A stretch of 63,840 nucleotides of DNA from Octopus bimaculoides. Lineage: Eukaryota. The stretch covers positions 96,434,813 through 96,498,652 of the forward strand of contig NC_068988.1 of assembly GCF_001194135.2 (NCBI RefSeq), read 5' to 3'. Positions 26,918-40,684 of this stretch are shown here, in pieces. A program made the position numbers and the translations under genes. Under the pieces are notes generated by a model that saw only the letters and a program-made list of their open reading frames with translations, was not told the origin of the DNA and searched no databases. How positions within the stretch are numbered: position 1 is the stretch's first letter; the number at the start of each line of letters is the position of its first letter.

Positions 26918-27100
26918 ACACATACACACACACACACACACATACACACACACACACANNNNNNNNNNACACTCACACACACATACACACACACACACAC
27001 ACATACACACACACACACACACAAAATAGATACACATACATACATACACATATATACATATACATATCTGTATATATATATCTGTATATGTATGTGTATG

Positions 27101-27141
<41 letters not shown>

Positions 27142-27504
27142 AAAGAAGTAAACTGATTTGAAATTTACCCAGTCACACGCTATCTCCGTTACTAAAGTTA
27201 ATTAAATAAATATAAATGCGACATGATATAATGTTTACAAGAAACATATGTTTTAAGAATATATCCTCAAGGGTCTCAGAATGAACGGGTAGAAGGGGAA
27301 ATGAGCAAAAGAGAAGAATTATGAGTAATAAAAGAGAAATGGCCATTGAAATGGAATTGGAAGTCATCCGCAAGAAATCCTCAGGTTCAACTGATATCTT
27401 TTCCGTTAGCCATATCTCTTACTCGCCTCCTTCACAATATACATCCTTACCTTTCTTACGCATACATGTACGTACATAAATACGTATATGATGTATATGT
27501 GTTA

Positions 27505-27543
<39 letters not shown>

Positions 27544-28295
27544 CACACACANNNNNNNNNNNNNNNNNNNNNNNNNNNNNNNNNNNNNNNNNNNNNNNNN
27601 NNNNNNNNNNNNNNNNNNNNNNNNNNNNNNNNNNNNNNNNNNNNNNNNNNNNNNNNNNNNNNNNNNNNNNNNNNNNNNNNNNNNNNNNNNNNNNNNNNNN
27701 NNNNNNNNNNNNNNNNNNNNNNNNNNNNNNNNNNNNNNNNNNNNNNNNNNNNNNNNNNNNNNNNNNNNNNNNNNNNNNNNNNNNNNNNNNNNNNNNNNNN
27801 NNNNNNNNNNNNNNNNNNNNNNNNNNNNNNNNNNNNNNNNNNNNNNNNNNNNNNNNNNNNNNNNNNNNNNNNNNNNNTATATATATATATATATATATGT
27901 ACACATATGTACGTGTATATAAGCATGTATACACACTCATGTATACGTGTGTAAGTGTGTGTGTATGTATAACTAGTTTCTGCTAAGTTCGCCTGGTCCC
28001 TAACATTTAGCTTCATTTTACAGATTGAAATCTGTAGCAATCTTTAAAGAGCAAAATCGCCGGAGACGTACCCTTACACACAATTTTAATGCGTAATTTA
28101 AAATGGCCGTATCCACTTCCGTTTACACATGCCCTGAAATATATTTCGGCAGTATCGCAACCTGTTACCTCCCCTTGATAGTATAAAAAAGTTTATAATA
28201 TAGATAAAAATATATTATGACTTTGATAATGTAAAGATAGGAATAGAAGTTAAAACTAATAATTTTGGAGATTATAAAATCAATCAGAAAAAAAC

Positions 28296-28557
28296 CCCAT
28301 CTTTTTATCTTTTGCTTGTTACTGTCATTGGACTGCGGCCATGCTACAGCAACGCCTTAAAGCATTTAGTCGAATAAATCGATCCTGGGGTATTTTAAAG
28401 TATTTTAAAATAGTTCTCTGTCGGCCAAAACCACTTACGAAACTTTGATTGGGGTCAAGGTTATAGTAGAAATCACTTACCCAAGGAACTGCGCGGTGGA
28501 ACTGAACCCAAGACCACCTAATTTTGAAGCAAGCGTCTTAACCTTGCATCCACATCT
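28296..28557 (-). mobile_element. SINE family B, diverged and internally deleted
   Basis: GACTGCGGCCATGCT..AGCA.CGCCTT 3' end and CCCAAGG..CTGCGCGGTGGAACTGAACCC head in reverse orientation. Confidence 0.65.
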
Positions 28558-28656
28558 GCACCATGCACTATAGAGTGCCTTATATGATTATCGGCAGCAG
28601 ATCAATTTTAAAAGTTCCACTCGTGCGCACACACTTGCACACAAGTACACAAGCAA

Positions 28657-28710
<54 letters not shown>

Positions 28711-28830
28711 CATACACACACATACACACCACACATGCACAAACAACACAAACACGGGCGCAAACGCATGCGCACATAAGGATACACATCATAGAAGGGC
28801 AGAATGGAGTAAGTGGCGCAAATCGAAAAG

Positions 28831-28875
28831 TGTCGCTGACGAGATCACAGATGCGTGACGAAAGATTTCCGGACA
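28831..28875 (+). ncRNA. Minimal type I hammerhead ribozyme motif
   Basis: TGTCG-CTGACGA-G.a.TCAC-agatgc-GTGA.C-GAAA-GATT-TC-CGGACA: intact core, G10.1-C11.1 pair, helix I with a one-base bulge, AGATTT near-palindrome, UUC site. Confidence 0.6.
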
Positions 28876-29034
28876 ATGGACATGAGTTAAAAAATAAGAA
28901 CAGTAATAAACGAGTGAAGAACGAATATATAGTGCGTGTGTTTATTTGGCAAAAAAAAAGAAGCCCATACCGAAGTACAACAATATCAGTTTCAACACAC
29001 GATTTAACATCAGGAATCTTGCAANNNNNNNNNN

Positions 29035-29100
29035 ATTCCCGAGCGTCATACTAATATATACTTTTGTTATTTACACCACCTGTCCTCGTCTGTTGTTATT
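29035..29100 (+). mobile_element. 3' segment of the repeat that carries the hammerhead at 63721; 5' part lost in a 10-N gap
   Basis: TTCCCGAGCGTCATACTAATA...TACACCACC matches 63768-63811. Confidence 0.6.
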
Positions 29101-29772
29101 TTTTGTATATTCTCCCATATATATATATATATATATATACATACATACACATGTGTGTGATGTGTGTAAATGCACATAAACAGACGCGCACATACACACG
29201 AACACACACACACCATATCCATAAGCGCACATGTGTGTGTGTGTGTGAAGGTACACTGTTACGAAAAAGACATGATATTCAAGTGTCACATGTGTTACGT
29301 GGTGGATGTTGGTCGCTGTTTTATTAAAACAGAGCAGTCAGTCTGTTACACTTTTGAAGTAATTAATCCTACTGTCTTAATAAATCTTTTGAGTGTAGGT
29401 GGTTTGATCGTACGGATATTTACCGAATGGAATTGATCAAATTTATTTTACAGTTGCAAGTCAAATCCTACGTGGTTTATTCCCAGACGCGCGAGTAGCA
29501 CAACCAGGTTGTGTTGCGTATTCTTTCTGGAAACCGTATTTCTTTTTCACTGTGTGTGTGTGTGTGTGTGTTCGTCTGGAGGGTTTGTGCTTGGAGAATT
29601 TGTGTGTTCCCATACACTTGGGTTGAGAGATGGGACGCAAAAGGAAACTAAAGTGAAATTACAGAAATTCGAAAAGCAAATTTTGTTTATCTAAGCTCCG
29701 ATATCCAGCCTACTGAATCAGGAAGGCCACGCTGACATTGCACAGTTAATATACTGGAAGAAGAAACGGGAA

Positions 29773-29804
<32 letters not shown>

Positions 29805-29937
29805 CGCACACACACACACACACACACACAACGCATAAACGCGCTCACCCATACGCTTACACAGGCACGCAAACTCACACACATTAATGTATACACGCAC
29901 ATGCAGTGAAAATTCTGTTCCGATATCTATCTATCTA

Positions 29938-29996
<59 letters not shown>

Positions 29997-30161
29997 GTGA
30001 GTTTGATGTATGTGTAAGTACATTTATACGTATGCCCACATACAGACACACACACACATTTATGCAAAGAAAGGATCAAAACAAGGGAGACAACAAAAAT
30101 CCAGTTAACAAACAATTTGCAAAAGTGAGTCTCTGCTAGAACAAAAAAAAACCAAAAAAAC

Positions 30162-30277
30162 AAAAAAACAAAACAAAACAAAACAAAAAACAACATACAA
30201 CGACAACAACAGCACCAACACCAGCAACAGCAAGAGCAGTAACAACATCGTCATCATCATCATCATCATCGTCGTCG

Positions 30278-30319
<42 letters not shown>

Positions 30320-30519
30320 GCAACAGCAGCAGCAGCAGCAGCAATAACAACAAAAACAAAAGCTAACATAGCAACNNNNNNNNNNNNNNNNNNNNNNNNN
30401 NNNAAAAAAACAAAACAAAACAAAACAAAAAACAACATACAACGACAACAACAGCACCAACACCAGCAACAGCAAGAGCAGTAACAACATCGTCATCATC
30501 ATCATCATCATCGTCGTCG

Positions 30520-30561
<42 letters not shown>

Positions 30562-30617
30562 GCAACAGCAGCAGCAGCAGCAGCAATAACAACAAAAACA
30601 AAAGCTAACATAGCAAC
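30162..30617. other. 214-bp exact duplication flanking an N gap (30162-30375, 30404-30617), probable assembly artefact
   Basis: Direct reading; (CAT)n/(CAG)n-rich unit. Confidence 0.8.
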
Positions 30618-31254
30618 GAGATGTGTAATAACGTATATTCTGACATCATAATAGTTGGGTCTAAAATCTAAATTATGCTACATCAATGCATGACCTTTTG
30701 TGCCGGTCTGTGGATTGTTGTTCCTTTGAAGGCTGAAGGGTCAAATGATGGGGGGTCTGCTTGGATAAAGAGGCACGTGATGAAATGTTGTTGATTATCT
30801 TTTCTTGTAAAAAGTATTAATAATGAATTGTGTAAACGGCAGGACACATCGCTAAACAAACATTATAAATGCGTAACCAATTGATAAAACAATGACTTTA
30901 ATTTAGTATTGATGGAGCATTTAAAGGGTCAGCGCTTATTCCTATTTTCAATGACATGAAGCGCGTCCATGCATACACACACACACACATACACACACAC
31001 ATACATATATACATATGCACACACATACATAAATACATATATTTATGTAAGATACAGATAAGGAAATAATTTTATTCTCAAACGCAGGATAATGCTAATA
31101 ATATAGCATGAACAGGATAAACTATCTATATATTGCAGAAAAATCTGTCGGCAGCCAGCTATGAAACTCGAATCCATGCGATTACGCGTCAAGTACTTTA
31201 CCATTAAGCTAAACTGTCCCAACGAAATTCTTCTGCAAATTTAGGATATATATC

Positions 31255-31299
<45 letters not shown>

Positions 31300-31819
31300 N
31301 NNNNNNNNNNNNNNNNNNNNNNNNNNNNNNNNNNNNNNNNNNNNNNNNNNNNNNNNNNNNNNNNNNNNNNNNNNNNNNNNNNNNNNNNNNNNNNNNNNNN
31401 NNNNNNNNNNNNNNNNNNNNNNNNNNNNNNNNNNNNNNNNNNNNNNNNNNNNNNNNNNNNNNNNNNNNNNNNNNNNNNNNNNNNNNNNNNNNNNNNNNNN
31501 NNNNNNNNNNNNNNNNNNNNNNNNNNNNNNNNNNNNNNNNNNNNNNNNNNNNNNNNNNNNNNNNNNNNNNNNNNNNNNNNNNNNNNNNNNNNNNNNNNNN
31601 NNNNNNNNNNNNNNNNNNNNNNNNNNNNNNNNNNNNNNNNNNNNNNNNNNNNNNNNNNNNNNNNNNNNNNNNNNNNNNNNNNNNNNNNNNNNNNNNNNNN
31701 NNNNNNNNNNNNNNNNNNNNNNNNNNNNNNNNNNNNNNNNNNNNNNNNNNNNNNNNNNNNNNNNNNNNNNNNNNNNNNNNNNNNNNNNNNNNNNNNNNNN
31801 NNNNNNNNNNNNNNNNNNN

Positions 31820-31855
<36 letters not shown>

Positions 31856-32651
31856 AACACACACACATGCACTCAAGCACGTACAAACACACATATGCCC
31901 TGACAAATCAAGACAAACAAAACGCATAAAACGCCTGACATTGGACGTCTGACGTTACTCACACCAATGCACAAACAACCCGGATGTCACATAAATACCC
32001 GGACATTTTACTCTTCACAAAAAGAAACTCGCGCATCGCTACACGCACACTCACGCACACACACACACACACACACACTCTCTCTCTCTCTCTCACACAG
32101 GTACACACAAGCGCACATACGTACACAAGCTACTCGTGACTAACGCATTCGCCTAATATGCCACCCACACAAACTAAAATGCTCTTAATTGCCTTTCTGT
32201 ACTTATATAAACATAATTGCTTATATTAAGAATATAAGCAATATTTTCTTCTAAATTGTGTACAAAGGCAGACAGACTGTTTAAGGAGAGGTTTTAGTCG
32301 ATTTTAAGCGATCCTCTTACATTACTGGTCGTTTATTTTATCGCCGGAGAGATAGGCTTTCTTTTATAGAAATTGTAATTATCGACGACGGAGAGCAAGT
32401 CCACTCCATAAGATGCGTGCCCCCCCCTCTTTATGGAGTCATTTTCGCTTTTTTTTTTTGAAAAATACTGCTTATCCTTTTCGGGTTCCGCTTGATATCG
32501 ATTGTTTCCACCTGTTATGACTAAGACAGGGAGTTATTTGATCTTGGCCACGGGAATAAGACAATCCCCCCCCACGATTCCACAGTTGTTCCCTGTGTTG
32601 CCTTACGTAACAAACCCCAGCCATTTGCGGTTAGTTTGAGTCTTTCAAATC

Positions 32652-33025
32652 TTCTTAGCAGTAACCCCTTAAATAGTTTTTATTGTCACAGTCATAAGAC
32701 CTGGTTTTTCACGTTTACCCGTCCAGCCTTTCGCTTAATATTCTCTATAGAGAATATGACTATGGCTGTTTTTCTTTCCGTAATCCGGGGTCATGACCCC
32801 TAATATCCATGGNNNNNNNNNNNNNNNNNNNNNNNNNNNNNNNNNNNNNNNNNNNNNNNNNNNNTTCTTAGCAGTAACCCCTTAAATAGTTTTTATTGTC
32901 ACATTCATAAGACCTGGTTTTTCACGTTTACCCGTCCAGCCTTTCGCTTAATATTCTCTATAGAGAATATGACTATGGCTGTTTTTCTTTCCGTAATCCG
33001 GGGTCATGACCCCTAATATCCATGG
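32652..33025. other. 161-bp duplication flanking an N gap with one substitution, probable unmerged haplotypes
   Basis: 32652-32812 vs 32865-33025; CACAGTCATA vs CACATTCATA. Confidence 0.8.
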
Positions 33026-33278
33026 TGACTCGCACTGAAAGTTACGACCTACTTATATTTTGCTGTAACTAGTGACTACGATTCAAAGACTTGACCTCAT
33101 GACCGATGACCCTTGATGATGACTTTTGCATTTCTGCTTCCCAGGCCACCATATCTCATATATTTTACCTTGCATTTTCGCTCTGGTATGCAGTGTGGGG
33201 GTAGATAAAAGTATAGCATTAATTATGAAGAGGGGGTCTAAATATCAAATCCGATAGGATTAAACATCACAAACTGAT

Positions 33279-33374
33279 ATTCTTTTCTACTCTAGGCACA
33301 ACGCCCGAAATTTTTGTGGAGGGGGGGTCAGTCGATTAGATCGAGACCAGTACGCAACTGGTACTTAATTTATC
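33279..33374 (-). mobile_element. SINE family A, 5'-truncated
   Basis: 3' half only. Confidence 0.85.
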
Positions 33375-34102
33375 AGCCCATATACTATGGAAAGCACTCT
33401 CCATCTAAAATGGAATAAATGTGAGGATAATTCTAGCACGCATAGCAAAACAAAAGTGTCCTTGCTACTCTTGGCCTCCGGAGGATGCCCGGTACTAAGG
33501 CAGCTAAAATAAAGTTATAATGAAAAGAAATGATAATAATAATAATAATAATTATTATTATTATTAGTATTATAATGATGATGATGATGATGATGATCTC
33601 TTTATTAACCACATTAAGAAAAAACATTATGGACAGAACAGGACAAAACAAAGAATGTGTGTGTGTGTCTTGTTGTTGTGAGGGTTTTGTGTGTAAACAA
33701 GACCAACAAAATTTAAAAAATAAACAATGTGTGATCTTCAATAGGGAGGAGACGTTCGAGGGCTGCTCGTGGAATGACCCCATAAAAAACATGGGTACCC
33801 TGACTTTTGGGGCAGCTGCTTTTTTCTTTCCTTTTTTTTCCAACTACAGGCGTATGCTTATGGCAGGCCCCTTCACTCAACCCCACTTTCATCCACCTCT
33901 CAGCAAACTGGCCAGAAGACAGCACTTCCCTCTCTTTCATTTTCCTTTTCAAGTGAAATTTGAAGAAGTTGATCAGGGATTGGCCGAAGAGAAAAGTGTT
34001 TGTCTTCAGCCCCTTCAATCTTGTCACCATACAGCCTCTTTCGCCACGGCCACTAGGCATATAAACGCAGCTTTTCTTTCTCGGTTAAAGGAAGGCGGTG
34101 GC

Positions 34103-34208
<106 letters not shown>

Positions 34209-36775
34209 GACAAAGTAGACGAAGAAGAAGCAGAAAAAGAGGAAAAAATGAAGAAAAATAACTTGTATTGTGTAAAACTATTGTGCATGCACACATAATA
34301 TAACGCAAATTGTTTTGTACTTATACTATTTTATAATTTTGCAAAAGTAAAAACAAAAACCGCATCGCAAAGACAGCCTGCTGACATATTTGGGGTACGG
34401 CTAGTCATACATTATACCATTACAGTGGCTGTTGTCCAAAAGGGAAAAGCTACTTGTTTAGGTCATGATGTCACAGTGTAAACGACTTGAAAATAAATGA
34501 CAGCTTTTGGACTATTGATAAGAATATGGTTAGTAGAAGTGGGCACTTAGCGTTTTGCTCTGTACCTTCAACCATCTCTCACTTCTTCCTCAGTCTTTGA
34601 AAGGTCTTCGTTTTAATAAGAGATTCTAGTGTCATGTTTGGTGCGAAGGGAACGTAACTGAAGTGCTTAGGAAGATGTTTTGGTTATAGTTCCAGTTCAC
34701 AGTCGAGGTTGCACTTAGGTCATCTCTTTGATGTCAAAACGCACACGCACGCACGCACACACACACACACACAGACACACGTTTATATACATACAGGCAT
34801 ACGCATATATGCATGTATATATGTATATATGCATGTATCTCTCTCCTCCTTTCTACATATATACACGTATACATGCATATATATATTTATACGTGTGTGT
34901 ATATAATTATGTAAACATAAGTATATATTATATTATATATTTATTACTAGTGCATTAGATATCGTTTTTGTAGAAATTGATACAACGAATATACATTTCG
35001 TCGTGATATTATAAGAACGTGCTTATGATTTTTATATTCCCCTTCTTGAGAAGGGTGGTTCAACTTGACTAGTTTCTAGTCTTATTAGAATTTCATCAGA
35101 GAAAGAAACAGATATTCTGTCCACAGGAACCTCATTACTTTCTAGCCTTTTATAATGTATACAATCTGAGACAAAAGTAAACTAGTCTATCTAATTTGTA
35201 TAACGATAGTGGATCCACTTTATTTACGCTGCAAAGAGAATGGAAGGTCTACGAAATATATACTTTATGATAAAAATCATACATATATGCACACATTCAA
35301 CCATGCACACACGTACACATCACACACGCACACACGTACACAGCACACATGCACATATTCATATCGGTAATTTATACTACCATAGGTATACCAAATAAAT
35401 TGGTTTCACGTAAGAAGGTCTGACTAGGGATCTTAGCGCCCCACAACATTCTGCTTGGTAGGTTTTTCAGGCCTTGTTCAAAGCACAAGCTTGAAAGATG
35501 ATTAATATCGGAGAAAGGGAGAAAAGATGAGAAAAGTTTTTTAAAAAACCGAGTCTAAGCTCATTCTGTGATGAAGGAGAAGAAATGTGAGAATCCATGG
35601 AAACGCGAGAGAAAAAATTGGATCAAACATTAAAGAAGGCAATGAGTGGATTGGACTCTGAGCGAAGATATTGTTTTAGCATGAAATGCCATCTGTTCCT
35701 TAAAGCCGCTACTTAGCAGGGTCTTGTTCTTATCTTACAGGGTGACCGTAAAATGTCTTTTGAAGAGAATAGAATGGAAGTCCTGTGGTTAGTCCTGTTG
35801 AAAATGAGGTTTCTAAAAATCGCATGAGTGAGGGGAATGTTTGTTTATATATCTCAAGCTTTCGTTACGGTTTTCAGGTATAGTGATGCAGCCAGGAAAT
35901 CTGCCTGAATTAAACTAATATCTGAATTATTTTGAGGCCACAACTATTAAAGGATGCAATTAGGTGGCCATCGGACTGGTGTAAAACCGTTATGTGGTCG
36001 ACTCGGCATAAATCAATGCTGTGGTTGGGGAGTCTGTGCTTCGTGAGTCCTAGTTCCCTCACGTCATCCCCATACGTCATCGAGGCGTTGAACAGAGATT
36101 ATCTGCTTTAGCCTTTTGCTCATAGACCTCACTGCGCTTGCCGAAGTACTGATAAAAGAAGCAAACACACACACAAAAAAAGTACGATAGAGTACAGTGG
36201 TTGGCGCCAAAAACTTAAATTGCTAAGATAATGGCGAATGGAAGCCATGCCGTTTATTCAAATCCTTTGGCGCTGGCTTCACTTAATCTCTACTTGCCGT
36301 TGGTTATTATTATCGCCATTGAAAGTCGACTGATTACCTCGATATATTTTATAAGTGGATCAGATTTCGTTAAATTCTAAAGAAATGGAACGTCGAATGA
36401 ATTTTCAAAGATATTCTAATATTTCAAATAATTAAGATCCCCTTTTGGCAGCCAGTAATGTTTTAAACTGGAACATGCACCCGTGTCTATATTGATGGAG
36501 GTGGGGTAGATTTATTTTATTTTAGCCAAGTTAAGGATTTAATTTACATATGGCGTCTTGAGTTTTCTCTTGGAAAATTTAATTAAATTTCGTTGTATTT
36601 ATATCACATTTGTAGTGGAACCCCTAAAAAGGTCATAGGGACTGCATTTCTTCCCCCTACAAAGTCATGAAGAGAGAAAATTTTAGAAAGGAATATTTGA
36701 TACTTTATGTATGAATTAGATATAAGTGGATTTTGAAATATGAGGCTAATTAGGTAAGAGATATCTGGATGAAAT

Positions 36776-36875
<100 letters not shown>

Positions 36876-37329
36876 CACACACACATATGTGTGTGTGTGT
36901 GTGTAATTATCTTTATACGTATGTATGCATATATGTATATGTGTATGAAAGTACGCACATGTGTGCGTGTGTGTATATGTGTGTGAGTTTCATATACACA
37001 CAAGTTTATATAGACACCAGTTTGTGTTTATCAGCTCCCGCTGAAACTACTTGGTGGGAAGCAGAAGGACATATAGAATTGAACATAAATTATAAATAAT
37101 TTCTGTGAAAATTTTTATAAAAATATTTGCTATAAGAATCTCTGTGACAGGCATCTAAAAGCCACAAACATGTCAGTATCATAAATAAATAAATAAATAA
37201 ACAAATAAGTAAATAAAAAAAAAAATGAACAAAATGTCTTTATACATTTAACTACATATCGTTGCCCCTGAGTTTGATTGCTACCATGCAAGATTCTAAC
37301 AATAGGAAAATATATTTGGAGTTTGCTAA

Positions 37330-37797
37330 CAGTCAATTTTCATCTCCTGCGATCGTACTTTTCAAACATGGGCCGTATTTTTGCTGCAACTGGGCAGAAA
37401 ATTGGAGATGGAAATGCTGTCCATTAAATTTATTTGGGGTAAATTGCGAGGCCCCCAAATATTATGGCGATTCACATATCCAAGTGTGTTTCAATGCCCT
37501 CTAACACTCGATATGTGGTTTATGTCTACGATGTCTCATGTTTTGTGAACTTGACAATTTTTTATTAGCGTTTCGATTTGGTCTTCATCAGTGACTGTCT
37601 GGGCGTTTAAAGCATTCCTGATCAAAGTCCTCATTCCAAAATCTAGCGAACCACGCACGAACAGTCCTCTTAGCTATGGTACCATCTCCGTAAACTGAAC
37701 ATGTCTTTTTTGCGTTGCATACAGAGTATTTTTCTTGCTGGAAATAACGGAGCATCAAATGACAGAAATGTATCTCATTTTTCTCCACTTTCATCAT
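37330..37797 (-). pseudogene. Mariner transposase N-terminal remnant (HTH to first catalytic D)
   Basis: MMKVEKNEIHFCHLMLRYF...CSVYGDGTIAKRTVRAWFARF, then after a frameshift PAVTDEDQIETLIKN...LGYVNRHNIWGPRNL (WVPHEL-like) and AGDE (TGDE-like). Confidence 0.85.
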
Positions 37798-38194
37798 TTT
37801 AACGCAAAAAAAGCAGAAGAAATAAACTATTCATACAGTAATCGTATTGAAAGATGTGTTGAAATGTCACCATTTAGGGGACACACACACAACTCTGTGC
37901 ACGCACGTGTATAGGTGTGTGTGAGTGTGCGTACGTGCTTGTGTTTGCGTATGTGTGTGCATGTGTGTTCTGCATTAAAATTAAAATTTTTACTTAGTTC
38001 CCCTTTCATTGTAACTCTCACAGACGCTCCACAACACTTTTCATGTTTCATTCTTATTTTACGAAAAGAGGAAAGACGACAATTTATTTTATTATTTTTC
38101 TTTTTGTTCAAGTCTCATTTTGAGTCATACGTGCATCTACATGCGAAAGATTCGCCGATAAATATCAGTGTTGTTTCAGGATAAACAGATGAAA

Positions 38195-38201
38195 CTGGAC
38201 G

Positions 38202-38292
<91 letters not shown>

Positions 38293-38335
38293 ACACACAG
38301 ACACACACAGAGACACACACATACACACACACATA
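38195..38335 (+). repeat. (CA)n microsatellite
   Basis: Direct reading. Confidence 0.95.
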
Positions 38336-38595
38336 CAGATATATGTGTATTTTTGCATATATTCAAAACTCACAAGCTTAAACATGTGCACATACATACA
38401 TACACATATACACACACACTCACACACATATATAATAACAATATATATGCGTGGGTGTATATACAAAGACGTACAAATTTAAAGATGCATTACTGCATAA
38501 AAATAAATATTCATATATCATATATCAGCTCATATGTATATCTATAAATACTTATGTTTATACGCACACACACATATCTATACATATATACAAAT

Positions 38596-38628
<33 letters not shown>

Positions 38629-38637
38629 GGGCATATG

Positions 38638-38701
<64 letters not shown>

Positions 38702-39532
38702 TAGATAGATAGATAGATAGATATAACCGTATTTCCTATTTTTTTCATATATTTGATGCAATACCGAATACTTTGCAGTGAGATCTTTTAAGAATCACTT
38801 TTTAATTCCATCTTATTATCGAGCTGTATAAGACTTCAAAAATAGGATTTTTTTTTATTGCGATTTATGTTATAAATACTTACAAAGTTTCCAATAAGAT
38901 TATGTTTCTTCCTGTTGGGAATATACAGGAGAATAAAATAAAAGATTAATAATATAAAATGTATCAAATATTAAATCTAATAAGAGTAAGAAAATATTAT
39001 AATTACTGATAGTTGTATGTAAAACGTTGGCTGTAAAACCGTATGCAGTTTACGGTTTGAAACGATGTTGCTATGCATATATATATATATATATATATAT
39101 ATANNNNNNNNNNNNNNNNNNNNNNNNNNNNNNNNNNNNNNNNNNNNNNNNNNNNNNNNNNNNNNNNNNNNNNNNNNNNNNNNNNNNNNNNNNNNNNNNN
39201 NNNNNNNNNNNNNNNNNNNNNNNNNNNNNNNNNNNNNNNNNNNNNNNNNNNNNNNNNNNNNNNNNNNNNNNNNNNNNNNNNNNNNNNNNNNNNNNNNNNN
39301 NNNNNNNNNNNNNNNNNNNNNNNNNNNNNNNNNNNNNNNNNNNNNNNNNNNNNNNNNNNNNNNNNNNNNNNNNNNNNNNNNNNNNNNNNNNNNNNNNNNN
39401 NNNNNNNNNNNNNNNNNNNNNNNNNNNNNNNNNNNNNNNNNNNNNNNNNNNNNNNNNNNNNNNNNNNNNNNNNNNNNNNNNNNNNNNNNNNNNNNNNNNN
39501 NNNNNNNNNNNNNNNNNNNNNNNNNNNNNNNN

Positions 39533-39574
<42 letters not shown>

Positions 39575-39990
39575 GATGAATTATACACTTACACAGTGTT
39601 TATTATTACGGTCATTTATGCGCTGAAGTCTCTGTAAACCTCTGCCTGACATGTTTCTGCTGCATAGATGTCTTGCTATGTGGTGTTCATATTATCATCC
39701 CTCTCCAATCACTGTATAATATATATTTTACAGTTAAGAAAGTAAATTTCGAACGCAGTAAAGCTGTAAGAAGCTGTAAGGGAGTAGAGCCTGTACCCCG
39801 TAGCCAACTGTTGGCGGCAAATGGTTTTGTGTTTTATAAGGGTAGGTACACAATCTTTCCCTGCATTCGAAATCTACTTTCCTATTTGTAAAACAGCAAC
39901 ACATTCGACACTTCCAAAAGTTCGTTTATATAATGCTGTCGCATTGGAAAAGCTATAATTTAGCATTAAAATGGACGGTAATTATTGTCA

Positions 39991-40065
39991 GGTGACGTTT
40001 AGCGTAATGGCTAGAGCACTCAGTCAATATCTGAGACTTACAAGTTCGACTCCCGTAGCTACATC
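39991..40065 (+). pseudogene. Degenerate tRNA-like cloverleaf (tRNA pseudogene or isolated SINE head)
   Basis: A box TAGCGTAATGG, perfect CTCAG/CTGAG stem with 7-nt loop TCAATAT, B box GTTCGACTCC; mismatches in the T and acceptor stems. Confidence 0.6.
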
Positions 40066-40537
40066 AAGAAAAGGAAGTCCTCAGAGGACATCAACTGAAA
40101 TTGAACAAAATTCTTGAAGATAGACAGACCGATGCTGTGAGTTTCAACAGCACCACGAGTCAACCATATATCGCCGTGTCCTACACAGTCAACCTTGCAT
40201 CCCTGTGCTAACTATTCTGTCAACTCGCCGCCGTGGAAGCAGTAAATATTATTGATACTTATTTTAGATGAAGCATTCTGTTGAACTGTTGAAAGATAGA
40301 GTCGACACCAACAAAGTTTTAATTCACAATTATACAAGGAGAAACCTTAACAATTTCAATGTTCACTTAGTGTCTGCTACTTCATAACTTTCCTCTTATC
40401 TAGTTGGAACAAATGACACATATTTGTTGGGTAAGGATATTGCCTATGGAGTAGAACCATTATGTATATCTTCAATTATTTATTGACCAGCAAGGTATCT
40501 GAATACAGAACTAAAAAAATCAACATCTGATACATTC

Positions 40538-40665
40538 ACTTTTATATTTAAGAGATGAGGAATTATGTACATTATTTACATTATTTACATTTGACGGATA
40601 TTTGTTCTCATCTTGTTTGTTGTCAACACAACGTTTCGGCTGATATACCCTCCAGCCTTCATCAG
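40538..40665 (-). mobile_element. Hammerhead-bearing repeat, 5'-truncated copy starting exactly at CTGATGA
   Basis: Reverse complement CTGATGAAGGCTGGAGGGTATATCAGCCGAAACGTTGTGTTG...GTAAATAATGTACATAATTCCTCATCTCTTAAATAT. Confidence 0.85.
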
Positions 40666-40684
40666 CTAATACACTATAACCGTT

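Noticed and set aside
36015-36085. ATAAATCA (Hox/Pbx-like) and two ACGTCA (CRE-like) motifs
   Set aside because: Short motifs expected by chance; no gene context.
37565-37595. Minus-strand CTGATGA-A-GA-ccaaa-TC-GAAA-CG hammerhead look-alike
   Set aside because: It is mariner coding sequence (TDEDQIETLIK), lacks U16.1 and has no helix I; shows that chance hits occur.
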